Source of the DNA: Saccostrea echinata
Lineage: Eukaryota
Length of the DNA stretch: 64,000 bases
Assembly (NCBI RefSeq): GCF_033153115.1
Contig: NW_026889803.1
Location: forward strand, 42,966,001 to 43,030,000
Reading direction: 5' to 3'
Below the pieces are notes generated by a model that was not told where the DNA came from, did no database searches, and saw only the letters and a program-made list of their open reading frames with translations. A program made the translations under genes and the position numbers. Positions 39,001-50,700 of this stretch are shown here, piece after piece. How positions within the stretch are numbered: the first letter of the stretch is position 1; the number at the start of each line of letters is the position of its first letter.

Positions 39001-41575
39001 CTAATTTTATGTTTAAATTGGCTAAATTTTTTCCTGGACTTTCAGAATATATTTACTATATTTGTCACAATATAACAAAAGAATTCATAAGAAATAATTT
39101 AATAGATATTTCAGAACCAGCATAAAACATTTCACTGCAAAACACAGCCCAGTGTGCAACCAGCATGGAAAAATAGGAATCTAAACTTAACAGTACTGAA
39201 TATATTTCAAAAGGGAATAATTTATCAATTTCTCCTAAAAAACCTTCCGCCACAAAATATAGTTCATGGCTTAATCGTTTTTGAATGGAATTTAATCGCG
39301 GTTTTTTCCTTGGATATAGTTTAATTTGCATTGTAGAATCCAGATTTAATGTTTGAACTTAAAAATGATGCAGAATTTTATAAATAAAGATCCAGAGCAA
39401 AATCTGCTCAAAAGCTCAGGATCGAACCTCCTTAAGTATTTAACCATCGATATCTCCAACCCTCGGATACTTGAATTTTTTTTTTGGTCTCATCGAGTTC
39501 GAGATGATGAGGTTTGACTGTATATGGTTTAGGGGTGGGACGATACACAGATCTTACGATACGATACGTATCTCGGTACACATAACACGATACGATACGT
39601 ATCTCGATATTATGATAAATCATAAAACTATATAAAAAAAACTTTTTTTTAATTTCATTTTTGTCTTGATATTAAATCTACAAATTATTCTATATCAATT
39701 CATATGTGCTTTGAAATTAATACTTGAAGTTCATCAATTTCATTGACTTAAAATTTACAAAAACATTGTTACATCTACATATTGCCAAATATCTATAAAC
39801 AAGTTGTTTACAAATGGTTGTGTAGTTCATCAAAAACACTGTCTAAAAATTCATTTAAAAAACATCACATGTACATTAATATTAATTGCTGAAAGTCTGT
39901 AACCAAGTTGAGTTTAAAAAAAAAATCCACAATTTGTTTCAGAATTTCAAATTCTTGAAATTAGAGAATCCATACATTGTTATGAGCTGTTATAGTACCA
40001 GATGGACCAATATCAACTGTTGTGGAAACGACACGTTCTGTATATATGTAACACACTTTCCAAACTGAACTTTTCTTGTCCCATCTTCCGAGGATGCTTA
40101 AAAGTGAAAATGATTTACCCCTTATCTACACATTATTAGTTCTAAAGCGTGTTTTCAATATCAATATCATGTCTTCACTTCAAACAAGCCGCCATTTTCC
40201 AAGGACAACTACTTTCATTTTCAATTTTTTGATAGGTCGTTCGTGTATCGTTTCGTACCGATATTTTAAGACCTGTATCGTAAACCGTATCTTAGAAGAA
40301 AATATCGGTATGTATCGTTGTATCGGTATATCGTCCCACCCCTAATATGGTTGTATAAAAAATATTTTGTTAGGCTAGTAAAACATATACACTGGTGAAA
40401 CTTGTGATAAATATTGTGTGAAAGGAATCAAGTAACATTATAATGAGATACATAGTTTAAATACTGGCAATGAGAATGGCAAGTGTATAAAATTATCCAG
40501 TCAAAATTTTAGGATGTACTGCACAAGGTCGCCCCCAAATATTAGTTCAGTAATGAGAACGATTCCTGAAAAAAATTTTAACAATGTTGTTCAATGGGCA
40601 ATTGAATCTTATTATTGTCCCCTGCTTTCACAAAAGTGGGGGAACATTAAATCTCATTCGTGTGTCAGTCTCTCACAAAAACTTTAACCTTGGTCGTGAC
40701 TTTTGAATGAGAAAAGGTACGGTTTTTATATTTCACTTGCACATTACCTGTGACAAGACCTTTCCAAATTCACTATGATTTTTGACCCCATGACCTTGAC
40801 CTTGAAGTTTGACATACTTTTGAAAAATTTTAACATTTGTGATAACTCTTTGAATGAGAAAATACAGGTCATTCGTATTTAACATGTGTATTACCTGTTA
40901 CAAGACCTTTCCAAATGTAGAGTAATCATGCTTTTTACCTTGTGACCTTGAGTTTACCCTACAGTACTTTTAAAAATTTTAACATTGGTACTGGTAATAA
41001 CTTGAATGGAAGAAAATAGGGCTTTCGTTTTTAATTTTAGATATAGGTATATAACCTGTGATAGCACCTTTCAAAAGAATTATCATTTTTGACTTCATGA
41101 CCTTGACCTAGAAGTTTGACCTACTTATCTAAAATTTCAACTTTGGCAATAACTTTTGCTCCAGAAGAGACTTTTTTCCACATGTACATTACTTGTGGCC
41201 TTTCAGATTTTATTATTATATTTGACCATTTGTCCTTGATCTTGAAGTTTGATGCAGTTTTAAGAAACTTTCATCTTGGCCATGAATTTTATTAATTAAA
41301 AAATTTATATCTTTTTTGTGTGATGGACAGACAAGACAGGACAAACAGGGAAGACAGTTATAATATGCCCTAATTAATTGCATCCTAACCACTAACACAC
41401 CAAAAGCAAGGGACTACAATTCTTTGAATTTGCTTGTTTATTAAAATATGTATAGTGTATTTGATTAGATCAGATTAGCATTGACATATAAAAAGTATTT
41501 CAAGTCCCATTTTAATCATATTCAAGTCTTTTGGTTTTAGGCCTTTTAAAAGTACTGAAATTGATCTTATTATAA

Positions 41576-41622
<47 letters not shown>

Positions 41623-41683
41623 ATTTTGTCCGGCGTCCGTCTGTCTGTCCGTCTGTCTGTCCGTCTGTCTGTAAACTTTTCAC

Positions 41684-41738
<55 letters not shown>

Positions 41739-41741
41739 AGT

Positions 41742-41791
<50 letters not shown>

Positions 41792-44700
41792 ATTTCAAGG
41801 GGAGATAATTAGGAATTACTGAAAAATAATGGCATCATTTAAAAATCTTCTTCTCAAGAACCATAGGGCCAGGAAAGATGAAACTCATGTGGAAGCATCC
41901 TTAGGTAGTGTACATTCAAGTTTGTTCAAATCATGACCCCCGGGGGTAGGGCGGGGCTGCAATGGAGGATCAAAGTTTTACATAGAAATATATAGGAAAA
42001 ATCTTTAAAAATCTTCTTCTCAAGAACAGCAAAGCCCTAATTGGTCATATTTATATGGAAGCATCCTCAGGTAGTGTAGATTCAAGTTTGTTCAAATCAT
42101 GACCCCCGGGGGTAGGGTGGGGCCACAATGGAGGATCAAAGTTTTACATAGAAATATATAGGAAAAATCTTTAAAAATCTTCTTCTCAAGAACAGCAAAG
42201 CCATGATGAGTCATATTTATATGGAAGCAATCTCAGGTAGTGTAGATTCAAATTTGTTCAAACCATGGCCCCCGGGGGTAGGGCGGGGCTGCAATGGAGG
42301 ATCAAAGTTTTACATAGAAATATATAGGAAAAATCTTTAAAAATCTTCTTCTCAAGAACAGCAAAGCCATGATGAGTCATATTTATATGGAAGCATCCTG
42401 AGGTAGTGTAGATTCAAGTTTGTTCAAATCATGACCCTGGAGGGTAGAGCAGGGCCGCAATGGAGGATCAAAGTTTTACATAGAAATATATAGGAAAAAT
42501 CTTTAAAAATCTTCTTCTCAAGAACAGCAAAGCCATGATGAGTCATATTTATATGGAAGCATCCTGAGGTAGTGTAGATTCAAGTTTGTTCAAATCATGA
42601 CCCCCGGGGGTAGGGCGGGGCCACAATGGAGGGTCAAAGTTTTACATAGAAATATAAAGGAAAATATCTTCTTCTGAAGAACTGCAAACCATGATTAGTC
42701 ACTTTGATATGGAAGCATCCTGAGGTAGTGTAGATTCAATTTTGTTCAAATGATGACCCCCAGGGGTAGGGTGGGGCCCAATGGGGGAAGGAAAGTTTTA
42801 CATAAGAACATATAGAAAAAATATTTCTTCTCAAGAACAGAAAAGCTATGTTTAGTCATATTGATATGGAAGCATCCTCAGGTAGTGTAGATTCAAGTTT
42901 GTTCAAACCATGACCCCCGGGGGTAGGGCGGAGCCACAATGGAGGATCAAAGTTTTACATAGAAATATAAAGGAAAATATCTTCTTCTGCAGAACAGAAA
43001 AGCTATGTTTAGTCATATTGATATGGAAGCATCCTCAGGTAGTGTAGATTCAATTTTGTTCAAATGATGACCCCCAGGGGTAGGATGGGGCCCAATGGGG
43101 GATGGAAAGTTTTACATAAGAACATATTGTAAAAATATTTCTTCTCAAGAACAGAAAAGCTATGTTTAGTCATATTGATATGGAAGCATCCTCATGTAGT
43201 GTAGATTCAAGTTTGTTCAAATGATGACCCCTGGGATAGGGAGGAGCCACAATGAGGGATCAAATTTTTACAAAGGAATATATGGGAATTTTTTTTAAAA
43301 AATCTTCTCAAGTACAACAAAGCCATTTGTTATATTGACATGGAAGCATCATCAGGTAGTTTAAAATTCAAGCCCCCCCCCCTCCCCCGGTCTTTTCAAT
43401 ACTGAACTGATTGTGCTTTTGCTTAGCCAATGTGCTCAGGTGAGTGATGTGGCCCATGGGCCTCTTGTTTAAGACATTATATTAAATTTTTTTATGTGGT
43501 TGATAGTGTAGAAAAGGATTTACATGCATGACTCATTGTCATCGGTATTTATTCTTATTTGCCGTGTTTTTTGTACTTTTGAAAATTGTTCTGCAAAAAA
43601 GAATTATATCTTGCTTATGATATCAAGTACTGGATTATTGCATAATGATTTTACATTATCATGAATTTAAAAAAAAAAAAATTAGAACATCTTTAACATG
43701 TATACCATTACAATTCAGGATCATACATACAATAAATAAACTTCATATTTCCAGGACTGTACATGTGAAGAGTTTTGTCCAGAATGTTCTGTAGAGTTTA
43801 CATTGGACGTGAAATGTACAGAGGATCAGACCAAACATGTGACCAGTGCTGACCTTATGTCATCCAACCCAAAAGTTGTGCCTGTATGTATTCACTGCTA
43901 ATCATGTACATGTATATGATTGATAAATGTCAATTTCAGTCAAGGCAATTATCTTTATTGCATATTTATTTCAAAACAGTTACATTACAATGAAATACAT
44001 GTACATTACTTAAAATGCAGAATGATGCTTTTCATTGTCATGCAGGTGCATGTAGTTAAAATGTTTATTACACTTAAATTGATGCCAATTAATGAAAAGA
44101 ATTAAATATACATATGGATAAATCAATGATACATGGCTAAAATGTTCAAATCCAAAAAAAGTATTAAAAAGTGCTTTTTTTTCTCCAATGTAAAATAAAT
44201 AAATAAAAGATTAAAAAAAAAAAACTAAAAAAAAAACAAACAAAAAACTAGATACTAAAAGGGCAATAGGATTGGCACAATAAAATCAGTTATTACAATT
44301 TTAAAAAAATCTGTAAGCTTTTAGAGATATTGAAGGACAACCTGCTTGATATCCTGAAGACTATAGCGGTCAGCAGGGTTAGTGAAGAGACAATGTTTTA
44401 CTAAATTGGTCAATGATTCACTGGCAGTTGTAGGAATTTGTGGTATATTTCCCTGCATAATGTCCATGTATGCTGAAAATGGGTTCATCCCACTTCTGTC
44501 ATAGAAAGCTGGTTCTAAAGCAAGCATTTCATACACCAGGCAGCCTATGTTCCAGGAATGAGCTTTATCATCAGGTGTCTGGCGACTTAGTACTTCAGGT
44601 GCCTCATACACAGGGGCATTCATTCGGGCCTCCATGACTGTGACAGTTTCAGTTTCATCATCAGGTGGCAAGTCTATTGAAATTTGACCATTTTTGTGGT

Positions 44701-47700
44701 ATCTAATGTTATGAGATGATATTTTGCTGATAGGGGTGATATGGCAATAATTGAGAGTATCTATTATACACTTTAGGGTATGCCATATGGTTCTGTGATC
44801 TAATGTGGTTCCAGATTCTTTGGCTTTATCTATTTTCTCTGCTAATGATTCGGAAGGCAGTAGGATACAACAAAAGAAATCACCTTCTTCAAATAATCCT
44901 ATCAGATCAGGGAAAGTGAATTCAGTAACTGAAAGCATGAAATGATTCAGATAGTAAATATGTCAAACAAATGCGGTTGAAAAATTATTTAAATCATACT
45001 GTTATCAAGAGCATTGCCATTGAACATGCATATTATGACAAAGGTATAACAGTTTTTAAAACTAATACTAGTAGAAAATAAATGACTTTATTAAATTTTC
45101 AATCTTTTCAGCTGTTATTTTTTTTTAAATCATTACATTTTGGCATGACTCTTAAGATGACATCCTCATTATTGAGACAACAGGTTGCTGGGTAACACTG
45201 ATGGACATGGTCCTCTGGGCTTATACGTTCTACATCAATGATGAAGTCCTTCTTACTCAGGGTGCCAATGCTAAGCTGTATTGAGCTAGGTAGTGGGAGG
45301 TGATGAATCTATAAACAGAGAGTTTGGACACAAGTCGTGGTTGACATAATAATTTAAGTGTAATGGATATGTTTCTTGACATCTGAATTGTTCATTATTG
45401 GATGCACATATATATTTGTATTGCCCCAGTCTTTGCACATGTAAAAATGTATGGTTATATCAGTCCTAACTTTGCATCGATGCCTCTGTAAATTCCCACT
45501 CATCATTTTCAAATTAAAAAGAATATATGTGCCACTTTTTAAATACATGTACTGTGTATCACTTTAACCTTTAGCGAAGGTAGAGAAAAGGTCTTTTTAC
45601 TTTACTTCTGAGGAGAAAAAAAAACAATTTAAAAGTCTGACTTGAATGAGTTTAATTAAAACAAATCATTTTTACCAACAAAAAAAAACAACTTCTAAGC
45701 AGCGTGGGCAGTTAAATGAGGCAAAAACAATAAGCTAGACTGTTATAACCACAAATGAATATTATTTTATGCAACAAATACATCTATATAAATTTGAAAG
45801 CAGTAATAGAGTAAACATACCTGGTGTATCCGTTTAAGTGTTAGAGTCTGTATGATGACCTTTCTGCAGAGACTTTGTAAGGTGGATGGGTCCCTTGGCT
45901 CTTCTTGCTCATAGACAGTTTTGGAAATGGGATCATATAATCTTAACATAATTGTCTAACCCATTGCTGTCACAACCAATAAATAGCCTAGAAATTTGAA
46001 AACACTTCTTACACAATGCAATGAATGAATGCCTAATTTTGTACTAATGAAAAATTCAGTGGTAGAATTTTGTGTATATCTTTAAGGTCAATCAAAGTGT
46101 GTCATACATGTATTATATGTCATTGAAAATTTTGAAATAAGGCACAAACTGATTACAACTTATTGAAAAAAAAAATTTTCTTGAACAGGTAACATCCAGA
46201 AATAAAGAAGAAACAAGTGAATATGAAGACACAGATGGTAATTTTGTTGCTCCTCTATGTTGTTTGTTTTGTCTTCATGGGTCCTTATTTGGTGATAAAT
46301 TCATATTCCATCTTATTTTAGATTATTTTAAATTCTTTGAATTGTATTTTAAGCAATAGCATTTAGGAATGTCTAGTTTTATTCTTATTTTTTTAAATAA
46401 GAGGAAAAATATGTAGGATCTATTTTCATTATATCTTTCTGTAGGAAATATCCCTTACATGAAACAGGGAACAGATAAACTGTGATTTTTGTATTTTTGC
46501 CAGATATTTTGATTGTTAAACTTCGAAAAGGTCAGGAACTAAAGGTGCGAGCTTTTGCCAGGAAGGGGTTCGCAAAAGAGCATGCCAAGTGGAACCCCAC
46601 ATGTGGTGTTGCTTTTGAGTATGACCCAGACAATGCCTTAAGACACACTCTTTATCCCAAACCAGAAGAATGGTGAGTCATTTCTTGATTTTAATGTTAC
46701 TTTAATTCCTCGAGCCATTTCTATCTGTGCCTGTCTGTAATAACTGCCATTTGTTACTGAAATATCCCCAGACCAGCCAAAAACAATCATTTAGTTTGTA
46801 ATGAGCAATAAATGAGTCCTCTTAACAAAGGTTTTAAATTAATTAACCCTGACTTAGGATGTGTAGAGTTCAGACTTGAGGGAAAGGGCTTGGGGTTAAA
46901 GATGCTTATACATGTACATGCTTTTTAGAAAATAGCTCCCTTCCAGAATTTTAACATTTTACCCCTGGGTTAGGACCAAAAACAGGGATGGATTGTATTG
47001 AAAATGTATCATATCTTTGTATTTCCATCAAACAAACTGTTTATATAAGTATAATATGGCACCAAATTTGTGAAGTTCAGGGCCCTTAGGCCAATTTTAA
47101 AAAAATTAATTTGTTTGATGAAATCTGACCAACCCATTAAAATTTCCCCTACCTGATAATTATTTTTTTTTCAGAACTGCCAATTTAATGATTGTTTTTG
47201 TTTGCAGTGAAATATAGATTGCCCATATCATTTTGAAAGTTAAGGTTTTATCATTTCTCTAAGACACATTTGATTGAGCCTTTTTTAGCAATAAATATTA
47301 AATCTCTCTAGCTGTACTGTGTATATTGAAAACATACTGGTAAATAAATTTCTAAATCTTATATTTTTATTATGATTATTAATGTGTAAGATAATTTCCA
47401 CAAAAAATATGTTACCTACCTTCCCAACTTGAAAAATGTAGGTCAGAGTAAATCAATAAATAAATTTTTAATAAGGATGGTTATGTCCACAAGGGACATT
47501 TACTGTTTTATATCTATTGTTGTGCCTTATCTATGGAAACATTCTCTTAAAATGCCTCTGAAAATCCAGCAAACATATTGTTGCATGATTCAGGACCAAG
47601 GACCTGTACATTTGTTTAAATGTGCACCTCAATGAATTTTGTTGTACATGTACCATGAATTATTATAATTACAGTATTTAATATTTTTTAATTTTAATTT

Positions 47701-48930
47701 GTGATTATGTATTTAATATCTTTTAATTTTAATATCTTTTAATTTTAATTTGTGATTATGTATTTAATATCTTTTACTTTTAATTTGTGATTATGAAAAA
47801 ATTGCTCATCTGATTACAGGCCAAAAAGTGAATATTCAGAGCTAGATGAAGACACACGTTAGTATTTCTTTTTAGCTAACCTGAGCTAAAGCTCAGATGA
47901 GCTTTTCTGATCATATTCTGTCTGTCATCTGTCTGTCCATCTGTCTGTCCGTCTGACTGTAAACTTTTAGTATTTTCAACTTCTCCACCACCACTGGAAC
48001 AATTTCAACTAAACTTACCACAAAGGATTCGTGGGTGAAGAGGATTCAAATTTGTTCAATTGAAGGGTCACACCTCTTTTCAAGGGGAAATAATTAAGAA
48101 TTGGTGAAAATTCAATGGCATCTTTTAAAAATCTTCCTCTCAAGAACCCTTGGGCCAAAAAAGTTGAAATTTATGTGAAACTTTCGTTACATAGTGTAGA
48201 CTCAAGTTTGTTCAAATCATGACCCCAAGGGGTAGGGTAATGCTGGGCAACAATATGGGATAAAAGTTATGCATAGGAATATATAGGAAATATCTTTTTA
48301 AAAAAATCATCTTCTGATGACCATCAAAACCATGCTAAGTCATATTAATACAGAACAATCCTCATGTAATGTAGATTCAAGTTTGTTCAAATCATGACCT
48401 CCAGGGTTAGAATTGGGCCACAGCAGCAGATCAAGTTATACATTGGATTATGTAGGAAAAATCTTTAAAAATCTTCTTCTCAAGAAAAGTAAAGTCAGAA
48501 TTAGTCATATTTAAGAAGGAAGCAAGTTTCTTCATATCCTCATTCCCCTGGAGGGACCTCTTATATTTTTAAACTTTTCAGTACTGAACTAATATTTGCT
48601 TTTATCTAAACAAAGGGCCTATGGGGCTCTTGCTCATTTTGTTATTTGAGATTTTGATTATTTGAGAGAGTGCAATTGCACCACACAGAAGTTTAAATAA
48701 TTAAAAAAGATTCTTTCAACTTTGACTGACAAGTGTACAATTCCGTTACAGATGAAGCCCCATTCGATGGACTTGGACAGCCAAACAAATACTACATCAA
48801 TGTAGAATCATGTGGATCTCTGAAGCCAGAAAATATCATGTTCTCAGCATTAGCTGTTCTCAAAAAGAAACTCAGTGACTTACAAACTCAGCTCAGTCAT
48901 GAAATCCAGCAAGATGTGTTGGCCATTTGA
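36038..48930 (+). CDS. POLR2C: DNA-directed RNA polymerase II subunit RPB3, 273 aa, 8 coding exons
   Basis: Exons 36038-36123, 36645-36694, 38192-38313, 43755-43883, 46189-46237, 46504-46672, 47820-47857, 48752-48930; 822 nt in frame. [43 protein letters not shown], Zn motif [48 protein letters not shown]. Confidence 0.97.
36230..36400. repeat. Dispersed hairpin-forming repeat, related copy at ~53360-53470
   Basis: tgtccccctcgacagcaa ... ttgctgttgagggggaca inverted pair; the tatttactgg...ggacaata.caagtta block is shared with 53.4 kb. Confidence 0.6.
38406..39520. mobile_element. Tc1/mariner-type MITE (TA-flanked) split by a nested TTAA element
   Basis: ta|cagttgaacttcggtatctc ... gagatgatgaggtttgactg|ta; joining the two halves matches 32325-32505. 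Confidence 0.75.
38495..39431. mobile_element. Kolobok-like non-autonomous element with TTAA TSD
   Basis: ttaa|cgaggttggatcctga ... tcaggatcgaacctcc|ttaa; the same terminus caggatccaacctccttaa recurs at ~52617-52636. Confidence 0.75.
39530..40344. mobile_element. hAT-type MITE with 8-bp TSD
   Basis: TIRs taggggtgggacgata / tatcgtcccaccccta; atatggtt duplicated at 39522-39529 and 40345-40352; subterminal cgata repeats. Confidence 0.9.
40612..41390. repeat. Tandem array with tgaccttga core (~150-bp unit), Helitron-like
   Basis: Repeated tgaccttgacc..gaagtttgac and ttacctgtgacaagacctttc; terminal hairpin tgtcccctgcttt..aaagtgggggaaca. Confidence 0.7.
41580..43470. mobile_element. Young Helitron/Helentron-like element with ~9 near-identical 166/157-bp satellite units (Cg170-like oyster satellite)
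   Basis: Hairpin agctcacctgagc..gctcaagtgagct, gtct/gtcc microsatellite, units marked by gtagtgtagattcaa, end gctcaggtgag..ggcccatgggcctcttgtt; opposite orientation to the 12.1-kb copy. Confidence 0.9.
44321..45949 (-). CDS. Uncharacterised 302-aa protein: N-terminal SOCS box plus NEK-like pseudokinase domain, nested antisense in POLR2C intron 4
   Basis: Exons 45949-45821, 45308-45137 and 44928-44321 join in frame through GT-AG sites (phases 0 and 1; 909 nt). SOCS box [12 protein letters not shown]...[11 protein letters not shown] spans junction 1; kinase C-lobe motifs [26 protein letters not shown] and [13 protein letters not shown]. Minus-strand AATAAA at 44064-44069 and 43954-43959. Confidence 0.85.
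47680..47795. repeat. AT-rich short tandem duplication (~35-bp unit, ~3 copies)
   Basis: Repeated tatttaatatc.ttttaattttaatttgtgattatg just upstream of POLR2C exon 7. Confidence 0.7.
47873..48632. mobile_element. Helitron-like satellite-bearing element, short diverged copy in POLR2C intron 7
   Basis: agctaacctgagc..gctcagatgagct start, gtct microsatellite, two to three satellite units, gggcctatggggctcttg end. Confidence 0.8.
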
Positions 48931-49096
48931 TTTTTTTTTTTTAAACTTCTTTATACATTCATGTGACGAAAACTTTTTTTTTCATTTAACACTTCATTTC
49001 ATCGGAAGTTTCATTTTCATTAAAGCAGCTTTTTTCTGTGACATGACGTTATTTTATGTCTTTCATCAACATTTCCGATGTAATTTTTTTTTTTAA

Positions 49097-50700
49097 AAGA
49101 AGATGGGCGAACAAGCTGGGAAAATACCTATGGTTCAACAAATAAGAAAGTGAATTTTAATTATAGCACAATTTTCTTTATTATTTTAGTTAACATGAAT
49201 ATAAACTTCCTGTAAAATCTCCAAAATTTGCAACAATCTCACAAGTGTTAAAATTATTTGTCTTTGAAATACCATGCATACACCAAAGAGAGTAAAAATG
49301 ACCTTTTCTTCATGCTATAACACAATTTTTCTAGATAAGTGGGTTTTCCCTCCATTTTTTTAAACATATATTTTCAAATTACATTAAAAAATATACAGTT
49401 TTTCTTAACAAAAACACAGAGCAAGGACTTGTTCTATGTTAAAAATACACTTTTATGACACAAAATTCATTAGGAGAAATAGTTGGAAGTCCAGTTATTC
49501 AGAAGTCATATCACAAACAAAATTTAAATGCCACTACCTTTAATGAGCTGTGCAGTGTTAGCATGTCAGTGTCCAACAAAGAAAACTGATACTTAGGATT
49601 TTTATTGCTTAGGTTCAAATCCAAAAAAATCCCCTTTTTTACCATAGATTAATTTTTGCTGAGAGAATTTTATACCTTTCAATAATTAGAACTTGTCTAA
49701 TTACTGAGTTCACAAAGAAGATGGGCGTGTTTGGCGTGTGATCTGCAGGAATAAAGCGTACGAAACATTTATAGTTTAAATGTCTACGATTTGGTCGGCT
49801 GACCACAGCTGGGCATATTCTACAAAGTTACGCACATGGAAAAATGTTACATTTAGCTTGAAATACTTTGTCAAATTAATATATCAGTCCACTTATCTTA
49901 ATGATTACTACATGTAAAACTTAGTAACGCTTGACATAAATAATAAACACCTATAGCGTATAGTTAAATGCAATTACATGTATATAACTAAGTATCAGTA
50001 GGTTGGAAGAATTGCTTTCGCTTTCGGTGCAACAGAACCAGAATGTATCTATTTAAAAATAAATCAGTACATAAAATTAAACAGACAAACGAACTGATTG
50101 TTTGTACTAAAAAAAAAATATTAACGCTCCATGCGAGGATCGAACCAAAATATTTCTTTTACATTGCACTGTACAGGTAACGCATACTACTGAGCTATCA
50201 CCACTACACACACTTTATGGTTTTTAAAGCGACAATGAAGCACCGCATTTACACATCAGAATTTTTTTGGAAAAAGTTCATTTTTTATCGTCTCTGGGTC
50301 TTCTCTCCATTTTTTACGAATGTTTGTTAGTTTCTTTGCATTACAGTGCATACAAATAACGTTTCAAAATCATGGAGAGATGACCCAGAGGTAGCAAATT
50401 TTTAGAAAAACGTGTTTGAAAATGTAACATTTTGTATCAAATGACTCATCTAGCCAATTTTCAAATTCTTTTTTAGCAAATCAAAATAAAATATCGGGAA
50501 AATATTTCCCTTTCCTATTTCACAGGAACCCGATACATCAAAAGAATGCTAAAATTTCATGTAACAGGTCAATGAATTTTTCACTTTTCAAGTGCGCCCA
50601 GATTCCTGCCGAATGCCAATCAAAAGCGCCCTCGTTCTTTAATTTGATTTTATATATTTGAAGCTGTAGGCATTTTGCATGCCTTGTTCCCATCTTCTTT
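49097..50700. mobile_element. Composite DNA-transposon remnant(s) with AAAGAAGATGGG termini (Kolobok-like) and tRNA-like inserts
   Basis: aaagaagatgggcgaacaag at 49097, a second start at ~49714, inverted terminus cttgttcccatcttcttt at 50683-50700; tRNA-like stretch at ~50125-50200 (-). Confidence 0.55.

Noticed and set aside
44321-44938. Stand-alone 205-aa kinase ORF or processed pseudogene
   Set aside because: Its ATG sits in a polypyrimidine acceptor; two upstream exons splice in frame, so it is the last exon of an intron-containing gene.
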